This document shows positions 46,575 through 56,734 of a stretch of DNA of 64,000 nt, in pieces. Under the pieces are notes generated by a model. It was not told the origin of the DNA and searched no databases. It worked only from the letters and a program-made list of their open reading frames with translations. A program made the translations under genes and the position numbers. The DNA is from Patescibacteria group bacterium (GTDB lineage Bacteria > Patescibacteriota > Patescibacteriia > JBDRGY01). Position 1 is the first letter of the stretch; each line of letters starts with the position of its first letter. The stretch covers positions 8,663-72,662 of the forward strand of contig JBDRGY010000013.1 in assembly GCA_043817315.1 (NCBI GenBank), in the 5' to 3' direction.

Positions 46575-47258
46575 TTAAATTTGGATTTTAATACCGGGAC
46601 CCATTGAAGAACAGATGGTGGCTCCTCTAAAGAAGACACCTTTGGTCTCATCCGGTTTGGCCTTCTTGATAGCGTCCAAAAATGCCCCTAGATTGGCCAA
46701 TAATTTATCATCGTCAAAGGAAATCTTACCTATCATCTGATGGACATTGGAAAAATCATCATTACGAAAATTAACCTTACCCGCATTTAGTTCTTTGATG
46801 GTCTGGGCCGGATCAGGTGTTATGGTTTCGTTTCTGGGATTAGGCATCAGGCCTTTCTGCCCTAGGGTTTTTGCAATAGGAGCGATTTTTTTCATCATAT
46901 CCGGAGTAGCCAAGGCCACTTCGAAATCACATTTCTTTTTGGTTTTTATTTGATTGATCAACTCGTCACCGCCGACAATTTGGGCACCAGCTTCCTTGGC
47001 TTGATCAGCCTGTTTGCCTTCAGCAAAAACAGCAATCTTTTTGGACTTGCCCATGCCATGTGGCAAAACAAAAGAACCTCGCACAATCTGCGAAGCATGT
47101 TTGGGGTCAATGCCCAGCTTGAGGTGAACCTCAATAGATGAGTCAAATTTCTCTTGAGCAACCTCTTTGACCAATTTAATGGCCTCTTCTTTAGAATAGA
47201 CTTTTTCTTTGTCAATCTTGGCGCTTGAAGAGCGAAAACGCTTTCCATGTTTTGGCAT
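46575..47258 (-). CDS. rplA: 50S ribosomal protein L1
   Basis: Start MPKHGKR after SD AAGGAGG; KFD; LPHG; GLMPNP; SSMGPG. Confidence 0.96.
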   Translation of the reverse strand: MPKHGKRFRSSSAKIDKEKVYSKEEAIKLVKEVAQEKFDSSIEVHLKLGIDPKHASQIVRGSFVLPHGMGKSKKIAVFAEGKQADQAKEAGAQIVGGDELINQIKTKKKCDFEVALATPDMMKKIAPIAKTLGQKGLMPNPRNETITPDPAQTIKELNAGKVNFRNDDFSNVHQMIGKISFDDDKLLANLGAFLDAIKKAKPDETKGVFFRGATICSSMGPGIKIQI

Positions 47259-47268
47259 ATAGCCTCCT

Positions 47269-47303
47269 TGTGGTTCGAGCCCCCGTGGAATTCGGGGTCC
47301 CAC
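47269..47303 (-). promoter_or_regulatory. putative L1-binding autoregulatory leader
   Basis: GTGGGA-CCCC..GGGG-CTCGAACCAC stem immediately before the rplA SD, resembling GUGGGAG...ACCAC L1 operator sites. Confidence 0.55.
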
Positions 47304-47397
47304 TTAATTATCAAGATGTTTACCCCGTCAGAAGCGCCCGCCTCTAATAATTAGCGCTACCGAAGCTATAATATTTAGCTTCTTATAGGGTAGATAC

Positions 47398-47426
47398 ATT
47401 ATATAGGCAGTCTAAATTGTAGTCAA
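47398..47426 (-). promoter_or_regulatory. separate promoter for rplA
   Basis: Minus strand TTGACT-17 nt-TATAAT. Confidence 0.7.
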
Positions 47427-47501
47427 ATATTCTTTAATAGTCTCAGAAAACGCCTATTTATTAGCGAACAAATATGGTGTTCGTAAAAAAAGGGCGTTCT
47501 T

Positions 47502-48479
47502 TTAAAACGCCCTGGTGCTTCCCGTACGGGAAGCGAAGGTGTAGACAAACACGTTGTACTGGAAATCGCCGCCAAACTGATCAGCAAAGCAGAGATGCCG
47601 GCCACAGGGTGACCAGGCAGGGGCAATGGCCATGCCGAGACTGGGAACATAGAGAAGCAGCTGATCGTTTTCTAGGTCTCTGACTGCAATCTCTTTCTTG
47701 CCTCTGGCCGTGGTATTGTAGGCCAGGAAACGACCATCAGGAGAGGGTGCGCCCAGCCAGTTGTCGAAGGAATCTAGCACTGCTGGCTTGACACTGCCTA
47801 CATCCGGGTCGAATATCCAGATTGATGGCGTAGGCGGGAAGGTCAATTCCGCAAAGGCAGAGATAATCACTCCCTGCGGTGCCGGCCGAGGATACCAAAC
47901 CCGAATCAGTCCTGTCTGGAATTTGTCAGTCTGACCATCTGGCCTGATCCGCAGCAGTATCGAACCCACTCCGTACAAGCTATCGGCAATGCAATAGAGA
48001 TTGCCCGAAGCGTCGTATGCCGGGTCGCTGTATTGGAACACTGAATCGGCGGCCAGAAGGCAACGAGCCTCTTGGCCTCCATTGGTCCGAGCCGGACAGA
48101 CGAAGATACTGCTCGGGGAATTATCTGTCCAAGACTGCCGGCGGATAAAGGCCAACTGTTCTCCGTCTGGCGACCAGGCAGGCTGCAGATCATCATCCTG
48201 AGAACTGGTTATTCTGATAGCGGGCTCTGAGCCGGCTTCGGCCCGATTGATCCAGAGATCAAAATCTCCCGCCATATCCGAGGCAAAGGCAATCTGCTGG
48301 CCACTTGGCGACCAACTGGGATTCCAGCTGCAGTTATCGATGAAGGTAACCGAGGACAGTCCGTATTCCTGATAGAAAGACCAGGGTACCTCCTCCTGAT
48401 CGGAACAGGAAATTATCAGCAAGACCAATATGGTCAGAAACAGCATAGCCGGCAGATCTTTCACCAGAAGTTCTCTCAT
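47502..48479 (-). CDS. TolB-like/PD40 beta-propeller lipoprotein (GC-rich cassette)
   Basis: Lipobox IISC; PSWSPSGQQIAF, PAWSPDGEQLAF, SPDGRFLAY repeats; promoter TTGACA-17-TAAGGT at 48529-48557; SD AAGGAGG. Confidence 0.85.
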   Translation of the reverse strand: MRELLVKDLPAMLFLTILVLLIISCSDQEEVPWSFYQEYGLSSVTFIDNCSWNPSWSPSGQQIAFASDMAGDFDLWINRAEAGSEPAIRITSSQDDDLQPAWSPDGEQLAFIRRQSWTDNSPSSIFVCPARTNGGQEARCLLAADSVFQYSDPAYDASGNLYCIADSLYGVGSILLRIRPDGQTDKFQTGLIRVWYPRPAPQGVIISAFAELTFPPTPSIWIFDPDVGSVKPAVLDSFDNWLGAPSPDGRFLAYNTTARGKKEIAVRDLENDQLLLYVPSLGMAIAPAWSPCGRHLCFADQFGGDFQYNVFVYTFASRTGSTRAF

Positions 48480-48598
48480 TGTCCGCCTCCTTATCTCCAG
48501 TTATGCACCTGTAATGATCGAACAGGCAACCTTAACAAAAGAGACTTGATTTGTCAAGCCTCTTTATGCTTTGATATGTAATTTGGAAATGTAATTGG

Positions 48599-49021
48599 TT
48601 ATTCTACGGTAATTCCCATTTGCCTGGCTGTTCCTTCCACTATCCTCATGGCTCCTTCAATGTCTTTAGCATTTAAATCAGGCATCTTCTTCTCGGCGAT
48701 TTCTTTAACCTGGGCTTTGGTTACTTTGCCCACTTTTTCTTTCAAAGCCGAGCCAGAGCCCTTTTGCAGATTAGCCGCCTTTTTCAATAAGGAAGCCGCC
48801 GGTGGAGTCTTTAATATATAGGTGTAAGTTCGGTCTTCGAAAACCGTTATCTCCACGGGAGTAATGTCTCCACCTTTATCTTTGGTGTCATTATTAAATT
48901 TGGTACAAAATTCCTGAATATTAAGACCGTGTTGGCCCAAAGCCGGGCCGATTGGCGGGGCTGGTGTCGCTTTACCGGCCGGGATTTGCAATTTAATAAC
49001 TGTTTTGATTGGTTTTGCCAT
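48599..49021 (-). CDS. rplK: 50S ribosomal protein L11
   Basis: [21 protein letters not shown]; KTPPA. Confidence 0.97.
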   Translation of the reverse strand: MAKPIKTVIKLQIPAGKATPAPPIGPALGQHGLNIQEFCTKFNNDTKDKGGDITPVEITVFEDRTYTYILKTPPAASLLKKAANLQKGSGSALKEKVGKVTKAQVKEIAEKKMPDLNAKDIEGAMRIVEGTARQMGITVE

Positions 49022-49022
49022 A

Positions 49023-49568
49023 TTAAAGCTTTTTTACTTGTAAGAAATCTAGTTCTACCGGGGTTTCTCGACCAAACAGGGAAACCAACACCTTGATTTT
49101 ACCCCTGGCTTCATCAACTTCAGAAACTTTTCCTTCCATCTCCTTGAAAGGACCATCTGTGATGCGAACCGGCGTATCAACGGTAACATCAATCTTATAT
49201 TTGGGTTCTTCCACTCCCATTCTCTTTTGCAGTCCCTTGATTTCATTATCGGAAATCGGGGTCGGAGTAGTTCCGGATCCAACAAAACCGGTAACATTGG
49301 GTGTATTACGGACTACATACCAGGAATCATCTGTTACAATCATTTCTACTAAAACATAACCGGGAAAAATCTTTTCGGTTACAGTTTTTCTTTTACCGTT
49401 TTTAATCTTAATTTTCTTTTCGGTCGGTATTAAAACACTAAAAATCTTGTCTTCCATACCCATGGAATCAATTCTCTGTTTTAAGTTTTTGGACACATTT
49501 TCTTCATAACCAGAATAAGTATGTAATACATACCATCTGCGTCCTTGTTGTCCCATTTGTTTGGGCAT
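49023..49568 (-). CDS. nusG: transcription factor NusG
   Basis: [11 protein letters not shown]; FPGYVLVEM; [11 protein letters not shown]. Confidence 0.97.
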   Translation of the reverse strand: MPKQMGQQGRRWYVLHTYSGYEENVSKNLKQRIDSMGMEDKIFSVLIPTEKKIKIKNGKRKTVTEKIFPGYVLVEMIVTDDSWYVVRNTPNVTGFVGSGTTPTPISDNEIKGLQKRMGVEEPKYKIDVTVDTPVRITDGPFKEMEGKVSEVDEARGKIKVLVSLFGRETPVELDFLQVKKL

Positions 49569-49577
49569 AGCGTTGAC

Positions 49578-49763
49578 CTAGGTAATAATCCTGTCTAAGA
49601 CAATAGTGAAGACGAAATCCAAAGTGCCCAGAAAAGCGGCCATTATAACAGTCACTCCCAATACCATCAAAGTGTAGCGGATGGTCTGCTGCCTGGTCGG
49701 CCAGACCACCTTTCTCATTTCATCCTTTGACTCTCTTAGATAGCTTGTAAGTTTATTAATCAT
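49578..49763 (-). CDS. secE: preprotein translocase SecE
   Basis: EMRKVVWPTR plus one TM; upstream of nusG. Confidence 0.93.
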   Translation of the reverse strand: MINKLTSYLRESKDEMRKVVWPTRQQTIRYTLMVLGVTVIMAAFLGTLDFVFTIVLDRIIT

Positions 49764-49855
49764 ATAACTGGTTTTTAAAAAGACCTCGTGAGGTCTTCAT
49801 TAATCAGCCTAAATATTGTATAACAAGCCTGATGTTTTGGCAAGTGGATAACTGA

Positions 49856-52045
<2,190 letters not shown>

Positions 52046-52117
52046 TTAGCTAGATTTAGCCTAAAAAATGTACCATAAAAGAGTGCTAAACCCGGCACTC
52101 TTTTTCTTATTTCGTTG

Positions 52118-52450
52118 TTACTTTTTCTTGGTTGGAGGAGCTTCTTTTTCGACTAGATGGACAATGTCTATCTTCAATCCTTTATTCATCTTGGCGGAGA
52201 TTAAATTATAGACCGCTGCAGTCAGTAGTCCGGCAATAAAAGCCAGGACGACCACTGCTGCTAAACCAAAGAGGTATATCGCCAGAAAAGAATACATGCC
52301 AGTTAAACTGTCAAAGCCTCCATCAAAAAGACGAGTTAAAACATAAGTAAAAAATGCGTAGACCACCCCAAAGACCAAATAATTGGCCACTGCTAAAAAC
52401 ATCCAGACCAGGGCAAAATTAACAACTTTTAATTTTCTAATTTCGTACAT
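52118..52450 (-). CDS. hypothetical membrane protein
   Basis: 2 TM; YNLI..K..GLKI. Confidence 0.7.
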   Translation of the reverse strand: MYEIRKLKVVNFALVWMFLAVANYLVFGVVYAFFTYVLTRLFDGGFDSLTGMYSFLAIYLFGLAAVVVLAFIAGLLTAAVYNLISAKMNKGLKIDIVHLVEKEAPPTKKK

Positions 52451-52468
52451 TTTTGTTTTTCCTTATGC

Positions 52469-54733
52469 TTAACTTCTTAATTCAATTTGAAATTTAGTCT
52501 GTAGCTTTTTGATAATCTTATCCAGGATTTTATCCACCTCTTCTGATTTTAGCGTTCTTTTGCCAGATTGAAAAGTGAAGCGCAAAGCCAAACTGTGTCT
52601 TTTTTTATTCTGCTGGTCAGCAAACTGATCAAAGCATTCAATCTCAACCAATAAAGGATCAACTCTAGTCAAGCTCTTGTCAATTTCTTGATAAGAATAT
52701 TTCTTATCGATCCAAAAGGCAATATCCCGTTCCACGCTCGGGTAAGCTGAAAATGGTTGGTATCTTTTGGAAGAGATCAGTTTAAATAATTTAGCGGCGT
52801 CCAAGAGGAACAAGGCCGTATTGTCGGGAACTTTATATTTTGCGATTTCGCTGAAGTTTGCCTGGCGCAATTCGACTAGGGCCGGCTGATAGTCTTTGAT
52901 CCCCAATCTCCTAGTCAGAAAGTTTAAGATACCCTTGGCCGTAAAATAAGCATTATCCGATTTCTTGGAGGCCACCAGGCCAAAGACCATAGTCTTTTCT
53001 TCCACTTGACCCTTGCCCTTTTTAAAGAATAACTTGCCAATCTCAAATACTTTTAATTGGTCGTAATAATTCAAATTGTGCGCCATCATACCCATCACCT
53101 CTTGAAAGGAAGTTCTCATGTATTTTTGTCCTTCGGATAAAGGATTGGCAATTTCAACATGGGCTGATTTGTCCAGGGGATCACCATAAAAAGAATAGGA
53201 GTAGATCTCTATCATTCCGGCAATCATCAGGACATCTCTAACCTTTTCCAGCAGCTGCAGCTGCTGATTAGGAGCAGGTGGCTTCATCTCACCTTTGATA
53301 TAAGTTGGCGTCATCTGATTATAATCTACGATTCGGCCCACTTCTTCTATTAAATCAGCTTCCAGACTGACATCACTCAAGCGCCAGCTGGGGACCGTAA
53401 CCTTCAAACTCTTGGCACCGCTTACAACAAAACCTAAGTTTATCAAAATATTTTTTATTCGGGCTTTAGTCACCGTTATTCCCAGTAGTTTTTCCACGTT
53501 CTGAGGATTCAGGTTTATTACCACTTTTTTCTGGCTGGTGTTATCAACCAGGCCCAGGTCCTTTAAAATCTGGCCGCCTGACAGCTTAGCGATCAAGGCT
53601 GCCGCTCGATCCAGATTATCGACTGTTTTCTGATTATCGACCCCCTTTTCAAAACGCCAAGAACTTTCAGAGCGCAAATTCAATTTCTTCGAAGTTTTTC
53701 TAATGGCGGCAGGATCGAAAAAGGCTGATTCTAATATAATGTCTTTGGTTTTGAAACCAACCTCGCTGTTGGCACCACCCATCACTCCGCCAATGGCAAT
53801 CGGTTTCTGGCCATCAGTAATCAAACACATGGAATTATCCAAAAGTCTATTCTGTCCATCTAGGGTTTTAATCTTCTCTCCCCTCTTGGCCTTGCGGACT
53901 ACAATCTCTTTAATTCTCTTGCGGTCAAAAGCATGTAGAGGTTGTCCGGTTTCCAGCATGATGTAATTAGTGGCATCAACAATATTGTTTATCGGTCTGA
54001 CTCCTGATGCCAACAGTCTTTTCTTCAACCATTCAGGAGACTGTTTAATTTTGATTCCTCTGATAACTCTGGCTGAATACAAGGGACACAAATCTTTATC
54101 AGCCACTTTAACAGACAACAAGTCCTCAATCTTCTCCTCTGACTCATTCAGATTGTAATTAGTAATTCGTAATTTGTTATTAGTAACTACAGCTGTTTCT
54201 CTGGCCAATCCAATAATAGATAAACAATCTGGTCGATTGGGCGTAATCTCCAGGTCAAAAACCACTTCAGCAACACCCAGGGCCTTATTGGCCTTGGTTC
54301 CTAACTGGGCAGATTTATCCAAAATGACAATTCCTGTATGATTATCGCCTAAACCCAATTCGTCTTCAGCGCAAAGCATGCCATTAGATTCAACACCTCG
54401 GATTACTGCTTTTTTTAATTTTAAGCCAGTGGCCAATTGTGCTCCTCCAGGAGCAAAGGGAACCTTATCGCCTACCTTAAAATTATAAGCACCGCAGACC
54501 ACTTCATATTGTTTCTGGGACGAAACTCTTACTTTTACCAATTGCAGTTTGTCGGCATTAGGATGTTTATTGATGGCCAACACTTCAGCTACCACTACTT
54601 TGTCATCAATTTGGGCTCCTGCTTTTTCAATATTGGTTACCTCGGTTCCTGACATTGTTAAAAGTTCTGCCAGTTGTTCTGGAGTTTCTTTAAACTTTAC
54701 GTAGTCTTGTAACCAAGATAGGGGTAATTTCAT
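52469..54733 (-). CDS. pheT: phenylalanine--tRNA ligase beta subunit
   Basis: HPNADKL; TPNRPD; INNIVDATNY; RFEKG; ERDIAF. Confidence 0.96.
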   Translation of the reverse strand: MKLPLSWLQDYVKFKETPEQLAELLTMSGTEVTNIEKAGAQIDDKVVVAEVLAINKHPNADKLQLVKVRVSSQKQYEVVCGAYNFKVGDKVPFAPGGAQLATGLKLKKAVIRGVESNGMLCAEDELGLGDNHTGIVILDKSAQLGTKANKALGVAEVVFDLEITPNRPDCLSIIGLARETAVVTNNKLRITNYNLNESEEKIEDLLSVKVADKDLCPLYSARVIRGIKIKQSPEWLKKRLLASGVRPINNIVDATNYIMLETGQPLHAFDRKRIKEIVVRKAKRGEKIKTLDGQNRLLDNSMCLITDGQKPIAIGGVMGGANSEVGFKTKDIILESAFFDPAAIRKTSKKLNLRSESSWRFEKGVDNQKTVDNLDRAAALIAKLSGGQILKDLGLVDNTSQKKVVINLNPQNVEKLLGITVTKARIKNILINLGFVVSGAKSLKVTVPSWRLSDVSLEADLIEEVGRIVDYNQMTPTYIKGEMKPPAPNQQLQLLEKVRDVLMIAGMIEIYSYSFYGDPLDKSAHVEIANPLSEGQKYMRTSFQEVMGMMAHNLNYYDQLKVFEIGKLFFKKGKGQVEEKTMVFGLVASKKSDNAYFTAKGILNFLTRRLGIKDYQPALVELRQANFSEIAKYKVPDNTALFLLDAAKLFKLISSKRYQPFSAYPSVERDIAFWIDKKYSYQEIDKSLTRVDPLLVEIECFDQFADQQNKKRHSLALRFTFQSGKRTLKSEEVDKILDKIIKKLQTKFQIELRS

Positions 54734-54740
54734 AGTTTAT

Positions 54741-55100
54741 TTAGATCTTTTTGGTCTTTACCTTTCTAAAACTGAATAAATAAGCGGCCAAAAGCGCCAG
54801 GGACCAAATAACCAGGAGAGCCGTTTTCCAGGTAGGAAAATCCCCAAACTGCCTGGAGATAATATAATAGGCAATAAGCAGGTAAACGACGATGGAGATG
54901 ATTGTCCAATTATTTTGATTTTTTCCCATAACTCGGCTAACCGGCCAGATCAGCAGAGCAATTCCGGCTAAAAAAACCAGATAGGCTCCCAGTAACTTGC
55001 CAATAACCAGAACGATAAGTCCTAGGCACAAAACCACTCCTCCGATGATAAAGTAGTTAGTTGGTTTCCATTTTAATCCTAATTGTTTTTTGTCCTCCAT
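54741..55100 (-). CDS. hypothetical 4-TM membrane protein between pheS and pheT
   Basis: 119-aa hydrophobic ORF. Confidence 0.7.
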   Translation of the reverse strand: MEDKKQLGLKWKPTNYFIIGGVVLCLGLIVLVIGKLLGAYLVFLAGIALLIWPVSRVMGKNQNNWTIISIVVYLLIAYYIISRQFGDFPTWKTALLVIWSLALLAAYLFSFRKVKTKKI

Positions 55101-55101
55101 T

Positions 55102-56130
55102 TTAAAATTGTTTTAAGAATCTTATATCGCCGGAATGAAAAAGGCGAATGTCATTAATGCCGTATAGCAGCATCAGCATGCGATCTATACCCATGCCAAA
55201 AGCGAAGCCGGAATATTTACTAGGATCAATCTTCATGTTTTTTAATACTTTAGGGTGAACCATCCCTGATCCTAACATCTCCAGCCAACCACTTTGAGAA
55301 CAAACCGGACAGCCTTTACCCGAACAAAGAATGCAGGACATATCGATATCCACAGACGGTTCGGTAAAAGGATAATGATGCGGCCTGACTCTGGTTTTGA
55401 CCTTATCTCCGAAAACCGATTTCAAGAAGGAGTCCAGCGTGCCTATCAAATCGGTAACTCTTATCCCCTGATCGATAGCCAGCCCCTCCACTTGGTAAAA
55501 AGTGGCTTCGTGGGAGGCATCAGTCGCTTCGTGACGAAAGACCCGGCCCGGCACGATCAACCTAACTGGCGGTTTTCTTTTTTCCATGGCTCGAATCTGT
55601 ACCGGCGAAGTATGGGTCCTTAATAATAATTTGTCGTTGTCATTGGCCTCTTTGCCATCTTCTATATAAAAAGTGTCCCAAACATCTCGAGCCGGATGAT
55701 CTTTGGGGATGTTCAGCAGATCAAAATTGTATTTGGCCAGTTCAATCTCCGGGCCATCAACCACCTCGTAGCCCATGGAAGAAAAAAAGGTATTTACTTT
55801 ACGTAAAAACTGAGTAATGGGGTGCAATAAACCGCCGTGCATCTTAGTACCCGGTAAGGTTTTGTCAAAGTCCTGCCGAGAAGTTTCCCCAGCCAGACTA
55901 GCCCTCCCTTCCGCTAAAGCGATTTCGATATCCGACTTGATCCGGTTGGCCAATTTGCCGACGACAGGCTTGAGATCATCAGATAAATCTTTCAGTTTTC
56001 TCAGTATCTGGGTCAACTCTCCTTTGCGACCTAAATATTTCTTCTCCAATTTCTGAAGACCCTCTCCATTCTTAACCTTGGCAATCTCTGCCTGGGCTGC
56101 TTTTTTTAATTGTTCTAAATCCTTCTGCAT
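55102..56130 (-). CDS. pheS: phenylalanine--tRNA ligase alpha subunit
   Basis: HPAR; LRTHTS; FPF-like YPFTEP; GFAFGMG. Confidence 0.97.
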   Translation of the reverse strand: MQKDLEQLKKAAQAEIAKVKNGEGLQKLEKKYLGRKGELTQILRKLKDLSDDLKPVVGKLANRIKSDIEIALAEGRASLAGETSRQDFDKTLPGTKMHGGLLHPITQFLRKVNTFFSSMGYEVVDGPEIELAKYNFDLLNIPKDHPARDVWDTFYIEDGKEANDNDKLLLRTHTSPVQIRAMEKRKPPVRLIVPGRVFRHEATDASHEATFYQVEGLAIDQGIRVTDLIGTLDSFLKSVFGDKVKTRVRPHHYPFTEPSVDIDMSCILCSGKGCPVCSQSGWLEMLGSGMVHPKVLKNMKIDPSKYSGFAFGMGIDRMLMLLYGINDIRLFHSGDIRFLKQF

Positions 56131-56138
56131 ATCCTTTA

Positions 56139-56531
56139 TTACACCCGATGACGGGGTGAAGTTTGTCTAGTAAGGAAAAATAGTTCCAAAACGGCCAGGC
56201 CCATGATAAACAGCAGACCATTCCACCAGGTTAGCAGCCTGGCTCCCTGCAACAGCAGGCCCCCAACCACTAACAGTGAAAATAAAACGGCTTGACGCAA
56301 TGATTTGCCCACGTGTTTATAGACTATTTCCTCCTGGGAAAACCAAACCCTTATAAAGAAACCAATTAGGGCCAGGGTACCGGTCAGAGCTACCAGCAAA
56401 CTGATGTAAAATAAAAAAAGACCAATAAAACCCGAGGTCTCTGGGTTAATGTAGTACAAGACTGTAATCCAGGCTAACCAGCAAAAAAGTGTACTAAGAG
56501 AAATACCAATTAGATAGCGTTTTAACGGCAT
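56139..56531 (-). CDS. hypothetical membrane protein
   Basis: 4 TM; RQA..F; LLTWWN. Confidence 0.7.
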   Translation of the reverse strand: MPLKRYLIGISLSTLFCWLAWITVLYYINPETSGFIGLFLFYISLLVALTGTLALIGFFIRVWFSQEEIVYKHVGKSLRQAVLFSLLVVGGLLLQGARLLTWWNGLLFIMGLAVLELFFLTRQTSPRHRV

Positions 56532-56596
56532 AGATGTTTATAATATAACAAATTTTGGCCTTACTGACAATAAATAATCTATAAGTTATTTTAACG

Positions 56597-56712
56597 GACC
56601 TCCCCTCTTCCGGGAGGCCGGCAAGAACACCTAAATAATTCCCCCCTCCTTGACAAGGAGGGGAAAAACGCACTGTGGTTTTTGCTTTACATAAGTGGAG
56701 TGGGGGCGGTCC
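56597..56712. repeat. REP-like palindromic element (copy 2 of the DUF559-flanking element)
   Basis: GACCTCCCCTCT...GCAAGAACACCT...CCCCTCCTTG-A-CAAGGAGGGG...TGGTTTTT...GGGGGCGGTC. Confidence 0.7.
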
Positions 56713-56734
56713 GGTAATTGTCGAGAGTAGTTAT

